64,000 nt of DNA from Pseudomonadota bacterium (GCA_023412655.1 JAEYNH010000207.1:2964-66963), one strand, 5' to 3'; positions 41,881 through 51,714 are shown, counted from the first letter of the stretch. The notes: a model not told the origin generated them from the letters alone. Translations and numbers: made by a program.

Positions 41881-42420
41881 ATGCACGAACCCACCGCCCT
41901 GGACGGTCAGGCCGCCCCGCTGCAAGACGCCACCCCCTGGCGCGCCGCCGTCATCCAGGACTTCGCCCGCTCCGAACTGTTCGAACGCACCTTCCGTGAA
42001 GGCATGGAGCTGGTGGAGGAGACCGCCGCCTATCTGGACGGGGCCGGCCGCCAGGAATCCAAGCTGCTGTCGCGCAACGCCGCCCTGGCCTATGCCTCCG
42101 AGAGCATGCGCCTCACCACGCGGCTGATGCAGGTGGCCTCCTGGCTGCTGGTGCAGCGGGCCGTGCGCGAGGGCGACATGGCCCCGGTGGCCGCCTGCGA
42201 GGATCGCTACCGCCTGGCCGAGGAACAGGGCAGGGAGGCCGGCGACGGCGCCGAGGACCTTCCGGCCCCCCTGCTGATGCTGCTGGACCGCGCCGAGCGG
42301 CTCTACGAGCGGGTCCGCCACCTGGACCGGCGGATGTATGTGGAAGGCGCCGACGCCCACGCCCCGGCCAATGCCGTGCTCGGCCACCTGGACCGGTTGA
42401 AGAGCGCCTTCGGGGCCTGA
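41881..42420 (+). CDS. rcdA: DUF1465 family protein (RcdA-like proteolysis adaptor)
   Basis: 179 aa. ...LFERTFREGMELVEETAAYLDG...ESMRLTTRLMQVASWLLVQRAVREG... is the hallmark DUF1465/RcdA region. Conserved neighbour of DUF1192. Confidence 0.65.
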   Translation: MHEPTALDGQAAPLQDATPWRAAVIQDFARSELFERTFREGMELVEETAAYLDGAGRQESKLLSRNAALAYASESMRLTTRLMQVASWLLVQRAVREGDMAPVAACEDRYRLAEEQGREAGDGAEDLPAPLLMLLDRAERLYERVRHLDRRMYVEGADAHAPANAVLGHLDRLKSAFGA

Positions 42421-42423
42421 TCC

Positions 42424-42804
42424 CTACCGGGAACGCTTCGCCGTATTCAGCTCGGCCGCCGCGCGGACCAGGGCCTTGAGCGCCGCCTCGTCAGGCATCC
42501 GGCCCTCCGTGATGTCGATGGCCCGGCGGGTGTCGCCCTCCAGGCTGGCGTTGAACAGACCCTTGGGGGCCGGCAGCTGCGCGCCCTTGGCGAAGGTCAG
42601 CTTCACCACCTGCCGGTAGGTCTCGCCCGTGCAGAGGATGCCGGCCTTCTCCCACACCGGCACGCCCCGCCACTTCCAGGTCTCCGCCACGTCCGGCACG
42701 GCGGCGCGGATCGGCGCCCGGACCCGGGCCAGGGTCTCGCCCCGCCAGTCGCCCAGTTCGGCGATACGGCGGTCGATCTGCTCGGAGGCGCTCGGCTCAT
42801 CCAT
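42424..42804 (-). CDS. DUF1801 (YdhG-like) domain protein
   Basis: 126 aa. ...VAETWKWRGVPVWEKAGILCTGETYRQVVKLTFAKGA... Confidence 0.75.
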   Translation of the reverse strand: MDEPSASEQIDRRIAELGDWRGETLARVRAPIRAAVPDVAETWKWRGVPVWEKAGILCTGETYRQVVKLTFAKGAQLPAPKGLFNASLEGDTRRAIDITEGRMPDEAALKALVRAAAELNTAKRSR

Positions 42805-42810
42805 GGGAGG

Positions 42811-43260
42811 TCACATCCTCTCGCCCGGCAGCGCCGCGGCCTGCCGCACCCAGTGGGCCAGCTGCGCCCGGTCCACGCCCGAGGCGTCCACGTGCAGGTA
42901 ACGCACCCTGGGCTGCTTGGAGCCCACCGGCGGGACCGGCGATAGCTCCGCGCCGGCGAAAAAGGCCACCTTCACGTACTTGGCGAAGACGTGGAAGCTC
43001 ATGAACCAGTCCTCGCGCCCGGGCGCGCCGTACAGGGGCGAGTTCCACTTCACCGCCTTGCGCACCTCGGGCACGGTCTCGCTCACCACCTCGTCGATGG
43101 CCGCGCCCACCGCCTGGGTCCAGCCCGGCATGGCGGCGACATAGGCCCGGATCGGGGCCTCGCCGTAGCCCTTGGCGATCTGCGGATTGCCGCCCGAGAG
43201 CAGCCTGGGCTTGTCGTCCATCCGTCGCACCTTCAGCTCGGCTGTGTGTGCGGCGAACAC
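42811..43260 (-). CDS. DUF1801 domain protein (second, tandem paralogue type)
   Basis: 149 aa (alternative start MDDKPR at 43221). ...VRKAVKWNSPLYGAPGREDWFMSFHVFAKYVKVAFFAGA... Confidence 0.7.
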   Translation of the reverse strand: MFAAHTAELKVRRMDDKPRLLSGGNPQIAKGYGEAPIRAYVAAMPGWTQAVGAAIDEVVSETVPEVRKAVKWNSPLYGAPGREDWFMSFHVFAKYVKVAFFAGAELSPVPPVGSKQPRVRYLHVDASGVDRAQLAHWVRQAAALPGERM

Positions 43261-43284
43261 TATTCTCTGGAGCGACGTGCGCCC

Positions 43285-43317
43285 AAAGAAAAAGCGCCGC
43301 GGGCCGCCCGCGGCGCT
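43285..43317 (-). terminator. Rho-independent terminator of rpmE
   Basis: On the minus strand: AGCGCCGCGGG-CGG-CCCGCGGCGCT (11-bp stem) followed by TTTTCTTTG, about 45 nt after the rpmE stop. A second 8-bp hairpin GGTTCCGG-CGAT-CCGGAACC sits just upstream of it. Confidence 0.65.
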
Positions 43318-43362
43318 TGATCTGTTGCGGCGTCGGGTTCCGGATCGCCGGAACCGCGCGGC

Positions 43363-43587
43363 CTACTTGCGCGTGAACGCGCCGAACTTGGCGTTGAACC
43401 GCGACACGCGGCCACCGCGGTCGAGGAGCTGGTGACCGCCGCCCGTCCACGCCGGATGGGTCTTCGGGTCGATGTCCAGGTTCAGCGTGTCGCCCTCCTT
43501 GCCGAGGGTCGAGCGGGTCTTGTAGGTCGTGCCGTCCGTCATCACCACGGTGATGAAGTGGTAGTCGGGGTGGATGTCTTGTTTCAT
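43363..43587 (-). CDS. rpmE: 50S ribosomal protein L31
   Basis: Last 74 codons of track ORF 43363..45999: [27 protein letters not shown]...HPAWTGG...[10 protein letters not shown]. Confidence 0.93.
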   Translation of the reverse strand: MKQDIHPDYHFITVVMTDGTTYKTRSTLGKEGDTLNLDIDPKTHPAWTGGGHQLLDRGGRVSRFNAKFGAFTRK

Positions 43588-43731
43588 CGCGTCGGCGCCT
43601 GACGTAAAGGAGCGGCCAAATTGGAGCGGCCGCCGGTGAAGGCGGCCAAAAGGAAGCCGGGCGTATAGAGAAACCCCGGCCGGATTGCAAGGTGCGAGAC
43701 TCGAGGGGCCCCATAGTGATGAGTATCGCCG

Positions 43732-45579
43732 GTGAGTGAGACCGGTCCCGAGGCTTCCGCGCCCGGTCGGCCCAGCGCCGGCCAGACCCTGGCCCAGAAC
43801 CTGGCCGAGGCGGCCGATCGTCGCGGGCGCAGCCGCAACGTCGGCGCCCTGCGCCGGCTCGCGCCCTTCATCGCCCGCCACTGGGGCGACGCCATCCTGT
43901 CGGGAGTCTTCCTGCTGGCCTCCACCGGCGCCACCCTGGGCATGTCCGGCGCGATCCGGCTGCTGGTGGACCACCTGCCGCAGGCCCAGCGCACCGGCGC
44001 GCCCATCGACCGCTGGTTCCTGCTGATCGGCGCCGTCGCCCTGGCCTTGGCCCTGGCTTCCGCGCTCCGCTACTTCTTCGTCACCAAGCTGGGCGAGCGG
44101 GTGGTGGCCGACCTGCGCAAGGCCGTCTACGCCCACATCCTCACCCTCGATCCCTCCTTCTTCCTGAAGACCCGCACGGGCGAGGTGCTCTCGCGCCTGA
44201 CCACCGACATCGCCATCGTCGAGAACCTGCTGGGCGCGTCGATCTCGGTCGCCCTGCGCAACCTGCTGACCCTCATCGGGGCGCTGATCCTGCTGTTGAT
44301 CGTCAGCCCCAAGCTGACGGGCCTGGTGCTGCTGTCCTTCCCGGTGGTGCTGGCGCCGCTGTTCCTGTTCGGCCGGCGGGTGCGCAAGCTCACCGCCACC
44401 ACCCAGGACCGGTTCGCCGGCGCGGTGGGCCATGCCGGCGAAAGCCTCGACGCCCTCGAGACGGTGCAGGCCTTCGGCCGCGAGCGCGCGGCCGCCGAGA
44501 CCTTCGGCGGGGCGGTGGAACAGGCGTTCCGCCTCTCGGTCCAGCGGATGACCGCCCGGGCGATCATGACCGCCATGGTCATCGCCCTGGTGTTCGGCGG
44601 CATCGTCGGGGTGTTCTGGCTGGGGGTGCACGCCGGCCTGCGGGGCGAGATGACCTGGGGCGCCCTGTTCCAGTTCGCCTTCCTCTCGGTGATGGCCGCC
44701 GGCTCGGTGGGCGCCCTCGGCGAGACCTGGGGTGATGTCCAGAAGGCCGCCGGCGCCATGGAGCGGGTGGGCGAACTGCTGGACGCCCGGCCGGGCGTCG
44801 CCGCCCCGCCGCAGCCCAGGCCCCTGCCCGAGCCGCCGCGCGGCGATGTCGCCTTCGAGGGCGTCACCTTCGCCTATCCGGGCCGCGACGACCTGCCGGC
44901 GCTGCGCGACTTCACCCTGCACGTGCGGCCGGGCGAGCGCGTGGCCCTGGTCGGGCCCTCCGGGGCCGGCAAGAGCACGGTCTTCCGTCTGCTGCTGCGC
45001 TTCTACGATCCGGACCAGGGGCGCATCCTGCTGGACGGCGTCGACCTGCGTGACGCCGACCCCGTGGCAGTGCGCAGCCGCATGGCCCTCGTGGCCCAGG
45101 AGGCGCCGCTGTTCTCGGGCTCGGCCCTGGAGAACGTGCGCTTCGGCCGGTCCGAGGCCTCGGACGCCGAGGTCCGCGCGGCCATCGCCGCCGCCCACGC
45201 CGAGGGCTTCCTGGCCGCCCTGCCGCAGGGGGCCGACACCCCGGTGGGCGAGCGCGCCCGCAGCCTGTCCGGCGGCCAGCGCCAGCGCCTCGCCATCGCC
45301 CGCGCCCTGGTGCGCCGGGCCCCGATCCTGCTGCTGGACGAGGCCACCAGCGCCCTCGACGCGGAGAACGAGCAACTGGTCCAGCATGCCCTGGACGAGG
45401 CCATGATCGGCCAGACCACCCTGGTCATCGCCCACCGGCTCGCGACGGTGCTCAAGGCCGACCGCATCGTGGTGATGGACGAAGGCCGGGTGGTCGAGGA
45501 GGGGACCCACGCCGAACTCGTGGCGCGCAAGGGTCTCTACGCCCGGCTCGCGGCCCTCCAGTTCGGCCAGGCGGCTTAA
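43732..45579 (+). CDS. ABC exporter, fused permease/ATPase (ABCB/MsbA-like)
   Basis: 615 aa. 6-TM domain plus NBD with Walker [10 protein letters not shown], signature LSGGQRQR and Walker [13 protein letters not shown]. Confidence 0.9.
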   Translation: MSETGPEASAPGRPSAGQTLAQNLAEAADRRGRSRNVGALRRLAPFIARHWGDAILSGVFLLASTGATLGMSGAIRLLVDHLPQAQRTGAPIDRWFLLIGAVALALALASALRYFFVTKLGERVVADLRKAVYAHILTLDPSFFLKTRTGEVLSRLTTDIAIVENLLGASISVALRNLLTLIGALILLLIVSPKLTGLVLLSFPVVLAPLFLFGRRVRKLTATTQDRFAGAVGHAGESLDALETVQAFGRERAAAETFGGAVEQAFRLSVQRMTARAIMTAMVIALVFGGIVGVFWLGVHAGLRGEMTWGALFQFAFLSVMAAGSVGALGETWGDVQKAAGAMERVGELLDARPGVAAPPQPRPLPEPPRGDVAFEGVTFAYPGRDDLPALRDFTLHVRPGERVALVGPSGAGKSTVFRLLLRFYDPDQGRILLDGVDLRDADPVAVRSRMALVAQEAPLFSGSALENVRFGRSEASDAEVRAAIAAAHAEGFLAALPQGADTPVGERARSLSGGQRQRLAIARALVRRAPILLLDEATSALDAENEQLVQHALDEAMIGQTTLVIAHRLATVLKADRIVVMDEGRVVEEGTHAELVARKGLYARLAALQFGQAA

Positions 45580-46604
45580 GGCCAGGCCGCCTGAGGCCGG
45601 GCCTGGACGGCCAGGGCGGGGAAGTCGCTGAACACCCCGTCCACCCCCGCCGCGTAGAGCGCCTGCAGCAGGCTCGGCGCATCGCCGTGCGCGGCGGGGC
45701 CGCCCGGCCGCTGCAGGGCCATGGGCAGGAAGTGGTTCTCCGCCCGCACGGTCCAGGGGTGCACCTGCAGGCCCGCGGCCTGGGCCCAGCCCACCAGCCC
45801 CGTGGGCGCTTCCAGCCGCCCGTCGACGACCGGCGTCACCAGCGGCCATTCCGGGCCCAGCCCCTCGGCGAAGGCGGCGATGGCCCGCACCCCGGCCTCG
45901 TGGGTCACGTCCACCGGCGCCGGGCCCTGGCCCACCAGCATCACCCGCCGCGCCTTCGACAGGCCGCCAAAGGTCTTCAGCGGCTCCACCTCGAAGCACT
46001 GGACGAAGACCTTGGCCGTGGAGCTGTCGAGGTCCGCCGCCTTCAGGGCGTCCGCCAGCCGCGCCTCCAGGGGCAGTCCGATCCCGGCGAAATAGGTCGG
46101 GTGCTTCATCTCCGGATAGACGCCGACGCCCTTCGCCTTGGCCAGCTTCACCACCTCCTCGAAGGTGGGGATGGTGTCCTGGCCGTCGAACCTGGTGTTG
46201 CCGGGCCGTAGCTGCGGCAACCGTTCCCGGGCCCGCAGGGTCTTCAGCTCGGCCAGGGTGAAGTCCTCAGTGAACCAGCCGGTGACCTGTTGGCCGTCGA
46301 TGGTCTTGGCGGCCTTGCGGGCCGCGAACTCAGGGCGGGCGGCCACGTCGGTCGTGCCGCTGATCTCGTTCTCGTGCCGGGCCACCAGATGGCCGTCCCT
46401 GGTGGGCACGAGGTCGGGTTCGATGAAGTCGGCGCCCTGGGCGATGGCCAGCTCATAGGCCATCAGGGTGTGCTCGGGCCGCTCGCCGCTGGCCCCGCGG
46501 TGGGCGATGACCATGGGGCGGCCCTTGGGCTGGGCCAGGGCGGGCGTCGCGGCGAGCGCGAGGCTCGACATTGCAAGGGTGCGGCGGGTCATCATGCCCG
46601 CCAC
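45576..46604 (-). CDS. glpQ: Periplasmic glycerophosphodiester phosphodiesterase
   Basis: 342 aa. Signal peptide [20 protein letters not shown], then [32 protein letters not shown]. Confidence 0.85.
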   Translation of the reverse strand: MAGMMTRRTLAMSSLALAATPALAQPKGRPMVIAHRGASGERPEHTLMAYELAIAQGADFIEPDLVPTRDGHLVARHENEISGTTDVAARPEFAARKAAKTIDGQQVTGWFTEDFTLAELKTLRARERLPQLRPGNTRFDGQDTIPTFEEVVKLAKAKGVGVYPEMKHPTYFAGIGLPLEARLADALKAADLDSSTAKVFVQCFEVEPLKTFGGLSKARRVMLVGQGPAPVDVTHEAGVRAIAAFAEGLGPEWPLVTPVVDGRLEAPTGLVGWAQAAGLQVHPWTVRAENHFLPMALQRPGGPAAHGDAPSLLQALYAAGVDGVFSDFPALAVQARPQAAWP

Positions 46605-46628
46605 CTTAGCCGTGTTTGCGGCGGCCGC

Positions 46629-47429
46629 TTACTTGGCTGCGGCCTGCAGCCGGTCCAGCAGCAGCGGATGGATGTCCAGGTTGCCGGCGACCACCGAACC
46701 GGCCTTCAGCATGTCCTCGCCGCCCTCGGCGTCGGTCACCTTGCCGCCGGCCTCGGTGACCATGAGGATGCCCGCCGCCAGGTCCCAGGCCTTCAGGTCC
46801 CGCTCCCAGTAGCCGTCGAAGCGGCCGGCCGCCACCCAGGCCAGGTCCAGGGCGGCCGAGCCGAAGCGGCGGACGCCGGCCACCCGCTGGCTGATCTGGT
46901 GCAGCTCCTTGAGGAACCGGGCGTGCTGGCCATGCCCCAGGAACGGGATGCCGGTGGCCAGCACCGACTCATCCAGCCGCTGGCGGGCGGCCACGCGCAG
47001 GCGCTTGTCGTTGACGTAGCAGCCCTTGCCCTTCTCGGCCCAGAACAGCTCGTTGGTGGCCGGGTTGTAGGTCACCGCGGCGACCACGCCGACGCCTTCG
47101 CGCTCCAGGGCGATGTTGATGGCGAAGTGCGGGATCGCGTGCAGGAAGTTGGTGGTGCCGTCCAGCGGGTCGACGATCCAGGTGTGGGTCTTGTCGGTGC
47201 CCTCGATCATGCCGCGCTCCTCGCCCCAGAAGGAGTAGCCGGGGCGCGCCTTGGTCAGGGCCTCGAACAGCACCTGCTCGGCCTTGAGGTCGGCGGCGGA
47301 CACGAAGTCGGCAGGGGCTTTCTTGGCCACCTGCAGCTCGGCGAGTTCGCCGAAGTCGCGGTTGAGCCCGCGCGCGGCCTTGCGCGCGGCGTCGCTCATT
47401 ACTTTCAGAAGGGCCGATTGGGCGATCAT
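46629..47429 (-). CDS. suhB: Inositol monophosphatase family protein
   Basis: 266 aa. Motifs WIVDPLDGTTNF and WDLAAG. Confidence 0.85.
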   Translation of the reverse strand: MIAQSALLKVMSDAARKAARGLNRDFGELAELQVAKKAPADFVSAADLKAEQVLFEALTKARPGYSFWGEERGMIEGTDKTHTWIVDPLDGTTNFLHAIPHFAINIALEREGVGVVAAVTYNPATNELFWAEKGKGCYVNDKRLRVAARQRLDESVLATGIPFLGHGQHARFLKELHQISQRVAGVRRFGSAALDLAWVAAGRFDGYWERDLKAWDLAAGILMVTEAGGKVTDAEGGEDMLKAGSVVAGNLDIHPLLLDRLQAAAK

Positions 47430-47557
47430 GGGCGGCGGAACCTAGTTGCGGGGTTGCGGCAAGGCAAGGCGGGCGCCCACACTGCGACGACGGATGCTTT
47501 ACAGGCGCCGGCCGCCGCCCGCCACTGGGTGGTGACACCGGGCCGCGGAGGGACGCC

Positions 47558-47971
47558 ATGGACAAGGTGTGGAACGCCGCCTGCGCCTGCGGCCAGATGT
47601 CGGTCCGGCTGCGCGGGGCCCCCAAGCTGGTGTCCAGTTGCTGCTGCGAGGCCTGCCAGAGGCGCGGCGGGGCCTTCGTCAGCGTCACGGTCTTCTTCGA
47701 CGACGACCAGGTGCTCGAGCGGCGCGGCGAAACGCGCACCTGGCGCCGGACCGGCGAAAGCGGACACGTCATCGACTTCAGCTTCTGCCCCACCTGCGGC
47801 TCCACCGTCTGGTGGCGGGCGCAGGCCCGGCCGGGGACGGTGCTGGTGGCCGGCGGCTGCATGACCGATCCCGAACTGCCGGGGCCCGAGCGGCTCATCT
47901 GGACCGACTACCGTCACCCCTCGGTGCGGATGGCCGAGAACGTGCGGGAATATCCGCGCGGGCCGAACTAG
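47558..47971 (+). CDS. GFA (glutathione-dependent formaldehyde-activating/CENP-V) family protein
   Basis: 137 aa. Cys clusters CACG..., CCCEAC, FCPTCGS are typical of the GFA zinc sites. Confidence 0.8.
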   Translation: MDKVWNAACACGQMSVRLRGAPKLVSSCCCEACQRRGGAFVSVTVFFDDDQVLERRGETRTWRRTGESGHVIDFSFCPTCGSTVWWRAQARPGTVLVAGGCMTDPELPGPERLIWTDYRHPSVRMAENVREYPRGPN

Positions 47972-48621
47972 CCCTCGCGCTCGTCCAGGCCGGCCTCGAT
48001 CTCGCGGTTGAAGGCCGCCACCGCGGCGGCGGGGCCTAGGGGATGGGCCCAGACCCCAGACGAGACGGCCAGGAAGTCGGCGCCGGCCCGGACCAGTTGC
48101 CGGGCGGTGGCCACCGTGATTCCGCCGATGGCCACGCAGGGCGTCTCCATCGTCTCCTGCCAGATGGTCAGGATCTCCGGGTCGGCCCGGGTCTGGGCGT
48201 CCTTGGTGGTGGTGGGGAAGAAGGCGCCGAACGCCACATAGTCGGCGCCCGCCTCGGCCGCTTCCATGGCCAGGTGCCGGCTGTCGTGGCAGGTGACCCC
48301 GATGATGCGATCGCGGCCCATCAGCCGCCGCGCCTCGGCATAGGATGCATCCTGCTGGCCGATGTGGACCCCGTCACAGCCCAGCCTGGCCGCCAGGTCC
48401 GGACGGTCGTTGAGGATCACCGCCAGGCCCCGCGCGGCGGCGATGGGCCCAAGCACGTCCACGGCCGCGGCGATCACCTCGTCGGGCTGGTCCTTCAGCC
48501 GGATCTGCAGGGCGGCGACGTCGCCGGCGTCCAGCGCATGGGCCAGGGTCCGGCCGAACTCGGCCAGGTCGTCCAGGCGCGGCGGGGTGATCAGGTATAG
48601 GCGGCAGAGCGGAGAGGCCAT
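47968..48621 (-). CDS. thiE: Thiamine-phosphate synthase
   Basis: 217 aa. LYLITPP..., LQIRLKD..., [25 protein letters not shown]. Confidence 0.9.
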   Translation of the reverse strand: MASPLCRLYLITPPRLDDLAEFGRTLAHALDAGDVAALQIRLKDQPDEVIAAAVDVLGPIAAARGLAVILNDRPDLAARLGCDGVHIGQQDASYAEARRLMGRDRIIGVTCHDSRHLAMEAAEAGADYVAFGAFFPTTTKDAQTRADPEILTIWQETMETPCVAIGGITVATARQLVRAGADFLAVSSGVWAHPLGPAAAVAAFNREIEAGLDEREG

Positions 48622-48634
48622 GCCGCCCTAGACC

Positions 48635-48781
48635 TCATCTCAGCAGGGCTTTCAAGGCGTAGGCGAACGCCGCGGTCGCGGTGGACGCGCCCACGGCCAG
48701 GGCGATGAACCATGCCAGCCGCCGCCAGAGGGGGGCCTGCGGCGCGCCCGGCTCGGGCGGGGGTTCAATGATAGCCCGCAT
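48635..48781 (-). CDS. DUF2474-like small membrane protein of the bd-oxidase operon
   Basis: Not in track (48 aa): MRAIIEPPPEPGAPQAPLWRRLAWFIALAVGASTATAAFAYALKALLR. ATG 48781 overlaps the cydB 3' end (cydB stop at 48765). One TM helix. The PLWRRL.WF motif resembles DUF2474. Confidence 0.6.
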   Translation of the reverse strand: MRAIIEPPPEPGAPQAPLWRRLAWFIALAVGASTATAAFAYALKALLR

Positions 48782-49790
48782 CGGGGCTCACCTTGCCTCG
48801 GAAGATCCAGTAGACCCAGCCCGTATAGGCCAGGATCGCCGGCAGCAGGATCACCACGCCCACCAGCATCAGGGCCAGGGCGTTGTCGGCCGAAGCCGCC
48901 TGCCGGTAGGTCATGTCGTAGGGCACGATGTTCGGGAAGAAGCTGATCGCCAGGCCCAGGTAGCCCGACAGGAACACCGCGAAGGCGCCCGCGAACGGCC
49001 AGCCGTGCGAGTGGCGGCTCAGGCCGATGACCACGGCGGCCAGGCCCGCCAGGCCCAGCAGCGGCACGGGGGTCAGCATCAGCAGCTCGTCCACATTGAT
49101 CCCGCCGTCCTGGAAGCCCCACCGGTGGGCGATGCGCGGATGGACCAGCAGGGTCGCCAGGCTGATCGCCGCCAGCAGCAGCGCCGAGGCCGCGGCCGAG
49201 ATCCAGGCCCAGCGGCGGGCCCGTCCGTGCAGCTCGTCCTCGGTCTTGAGGATCAGCCAGGTGGCCCCCAGCAGGGCGTAGCCGGCCACCAGCCCGCAGG
49301 CCACCATGAGCGTATAGGGGGTCAGCCAGTCGAAGGGTCCGCCGGCGAACTGATGGTCCCTCAGGGTCACCCCCTGGATGAAGCCCCCCAGCACCAGCCC
49401 CTGGGCGAAGGTCGCGACGATCGAGCCCCCGGCGAAGGCGGCGGTCCAGAAGCGCTTGCCGCGGCGCCGGCCGCGCAGGCGGAACTCGAAGGCCACCCCG
49501 CGCAGGATCAGCGCCAGCAGCATCAGCAGCACCGGGATGTAGAGGGCCGGCATCAGGGCGCCGTAGGCGGCGGGGAAGGCGGCGAACAGGCCGCCGCCGC
49601 CCAGCACCAGCCAGGTCTCGTTGCCGTCCCAGATGGGGGCCACCGTGTCCATCATCACGTCCCGCTCGGCCGGGGAGGCGGCGAACGGGAAGAGGATGCC
49701 GACCCCCAGGTCGAAGCCGTCCAGCAGCACGTACATCAGGACGCTGACGGCGATGATCGCGGCCCAGATCAGCGGCAGGTCCAGGGTCAT
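48765..49790 (-). CDS. cydB: Cytochrome bd-type ubiquinol oxidase subunit II
   Basis: 341 aa polytopic. MTLDLPLIWAAIIAVSVLMYVLLDGFDLGVGIL is a typical CydB N-terminus. ATGA overlap with cydA. Confidence 0.93.
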   Translation of the reverse strand: MTLDLPLIWAAIIAVSVLMYVLLDGFDLGVGILFPFAASPAERDVMMDTVAPIWDGNETWLVLGGGGLFAAFPAAYGALMPALYIPVLLMLLALILRGVAFEFRLRGRRRGKRFWTAAFAGGSIVATFAQGLVLGGFIQGVTLRDHQFAGGPFDWLTPYTLMVACGLVAGYALLGATWLILKTEDELHGRARRWAWISAAASALLLAAISLATLLVHPRIAHRWGFQDGGINVDELLMLTPVPLLGLAGLAAVVIGLSRHSHGWPFAGAFAVFLSGYLGLAISFFPNIVPYDMTYRQAASADNALALMLVGVVILLPAILAYTGWVYWIFRGKVSPDAGYH

Positions 49791-51190
49791 GCGCGCTCCT
49801 CCGGATCAGGCGCCGCCCCAAGCGCATAGCCGGGCGGGCGTGGCTTCAGCGGCGGCTCGGTGTCGGGGGTCTCCGGCGGGCGTGGCCCGATGGCGATGAG
49901 CCGAAGGATGTAGAGGGCCCCGACGCTGAAGACGATGCCGTAGACGATGAGGAAGCCGAGCAGCGAGGCCGAGACCGAGCCCGAGCCCAGGGGCGAAACC
50001 GCGTCGGCGGTCCGCAGCAGGCCGTAGACCACATAGGGCTGGCGGCCCACCTCGGCGACGATCCAGCCGGCGATCACCGCCACGAAGCCGCTGGGGCCCA
50101 TGATCACGCAGGCCCACAGGAACGGTCGTTTGTGCTCGGGGCCCTTGGTGCGCCAGATCAGCCAGGCGCCCCAGAGCCCCAGGGCGATCATCAGCAGGCC
50201 CAGCCCCACCATCACCCGGAAGGCCCAGAAGACCATGGCCACCGGCGGCCGGTCGTCGGGCGGGAAGGCCTTCAGGCCGGTGACCTCGGCGGTGCTCTTG
50301 CCGGCGGTGATCCAGCTTCCGATGTTCGGGATGGAGATTTCCCAGTGGTTCGTCTCGGCCGCGCGGTCGGGCCAGGCGAACACGTGGAAGGGCTGGTTGG
50401 CCCGGGTCTCCCAGAAGGCCTCGATGGCCGCCAGCTTGGCGGGCTGGACCTCCAGCACCTCCTTGCCGGACAGGTCCCCCACCACCAGCTGCAGCGGCGC
50501 GACGATGGCGAACATGCCGATGGCCATGCGCAGGGCGATGCGCGACTCCGGCTCATCCGTCCGCCGCAGCAGCCGCCAGGCCGAGGCCGCCCCCACCACC
50601 AGCGAGGTGGTGAGGTAGGCCGCAAGCACCATGTGGGCGATGCGTTCGGGGAAGGTCGGCGAGATGATCACCGCCCACCAGTCGGTGGCCCGAAGCGTCC
50701 CGTCCGGCATGTGGGCGAAGCCCGACGGATACTGCATCCACGAGTTGGCCGAGATGATCCAGAAGGCCGAAACCAGGGTGCCGATGGCCACCATCACCGT
50801 GGCCGTGAAGTGCAGCTTCGGCCCCACCTTGCGCCAGCCGAACAGCATCACCCCGAGGAAGCTGGCCTCCAGGAAGAAGGCGGTGAGCACCTCGAAGGCG
50901 AACAGCGGCCCGATCACCGGAGAGACGATGGTGGAGAACACGCTCCAGTTGGTGCCGAGCTGGTAGCTCATCACCACGCCCGAGACGACGCCCATGCCGA
51001 ACGACAGGGCGAAGATCTTCACCCAGAACAGGTAAAGTGTCTTGAAGACTTCGCGGCGGGTGGCCAGCCAAAGCCCCTCCAGCACGGCCAGGAAACTGGC
51101 CAGGCCGATAGTGAAGCTTGGGAAGATGATGTGGAACGCGATCGTGAACGCGAACTGCAACCGCGACAGCATAAGCGCATCCAAGTCCAT
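49787..51190 (-). CDS. cydA: Cytochrome bd-type ubiquinol oxidase subunit I (short Q-loop, CIO-like)
   Basis: 467 aa. MDLDALMLSRLQFAFTIAFHIIFP... . The length suggests the short-Q-loop (cyanide-insensitive oxidase-like) subgroup. Confidence 0.93.
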   Translation of the reverse strand: MDLDALMLSRLQFAFTIAFHIIFPSFTIGLASFLAVLEGLWLATRREVFKTLYLFWVKIFALSFGMGVVSGVVMSYQLGTNWSVFSTIVSPVIGPLFAFEVLTAFFLEASFLGVMLFGWRKVGPKLHFTATVMVAIGTLVSAFWIISANSWMQYPSGFAHMPDGTLRATDWWAVIISPTFPERIAHMVLAAYLTTSLVVGAASAWRLLRRTDEPESRIALRMAIGMFAIVAPLQLVVGDLSGKEVLEVQPAKLAAIEAFWETRANQPFHVFAWPDRAAETNHWEISIPNIGSWITAGKSTAEVTGLKAFPPDDRPPVAMVFWAFRVMVGLGLLMIALGLWGAWLIWRTKGPEHKRPFLWACVIMGPSGFVAVIAGWIVAEVGRQPYVVYGLLRTADAVSPLGSGSVSASLLGFLIVYGIVFSVGALYILRLIAIGPRPPETPDTEPPLKPRPPGYALGAAPDPEERA

Positions 51191-51292
51191 AGCGGTCCTC
51201 GATCACGCAGCGTCGGCCCCAACATTAGACCGTTGGCTCGTATAACACGGTGATCGCAGAGCGGGAGCCTGTGTCTCTTGTGAAGCTTTAAC

Positions 51293-51322
51293 TTGCGAAT
51301 GACTTGCAAAGGCGTTTGCAAC
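51293..51322. promoter_or_regulatory. Candidate Fur/Mur-type operator (three TTGC(G/A)A repeats)
   Basis: TTGCGAATGACTTGCAAAGGCGTTTGCAAC: TTGC starts at 51293, 51304 and 51316 (11-12 bp phasing). Located in the cydA/bfd divergent region, 43 nt upstream of the bfd ATG. Confidence 0.35.
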
Positions 51323-51364
51323 GGGCTAGACCGTCGTCAGATCGGCCAGGAGCGCTCCGCCCAC

Positions 51365-51550
51365 ATGTACGTGTGCAATTGCAATGGCATTCGCGAGCGC
51401 GACGTGCGCGCCGCCATCGCAGCCGGGGCGTCCCGTCCGGCTCAGATCTTCAAGGCCTGCGATTCCGCGGCTCAGTGCGCCCGCTGCGTCTGCGACATGC
51501 GCAAGATCCTCGACGAGGAGCGCGAGGCGCTGCGCTACGCCGCCGAATAG
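51365..51550 (+). CDS. bfd: Bacterioferritin-associated ferredoxin (BFD-like [2Fe-2S] protein)
   Basis: ATG 51365. 61 aa. MYVCNCNGIRERDV...CDSAAQCARCV (four-Cys BFD pattern). Confidence 0.88.
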   Translation: MYVCNCNGIRERDVRAAIAAGASRPAQIFKACDSAAQCARCVCDMRKILDEEREALRYAAE

Positions 51551-51618
51551 GCTGAGCCGTTCGGATTTTTCCGGCGATCGAAAGTCATTCGCAGCGAAAA
51601 CTGCGGGTTTCTCGGCTA

Positions 51619-51635
51619 CCGCAAATCACTTGCAG
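51619..51635. promoter_or_regulatory. Candidate Fur/Mur-type operator upstream of bfr
   Basis: CCGCAAATCACTTGCAG matches 12 of 17 positions of the 51293-51309 site in the same orientation. A TTGACC -35-like hexamer follows at 51645. Confidence 0.3.
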
Positions 51636-51714
51636 ACATAGCCTTTGACCTGGCCCCCGGGCGCAGGCATTCCGGCCTTCGGTATCTGACGCTGATCTGG
51701 ACGGAGGCATGGCG

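Noticed and set aside
43588-45999. The upstream 800 codons of the 878-aa minus-strand ORF 43363..45999.
   Set aside because: Only the last 74 codons (from ATG 43587) encode a real protein, ribosomal protein L31. The rest is antisense to the ABC exporter and to the 3' end of glpQ.
51288-51303. TTAA-N7-ATGA near the cydA/bfd region, considered as a CtrA box.
   Set aside because: Only one TTAA half-site is present. I saw no full TTAA-N7-TTAA anywhere in the intergenic regions I read.
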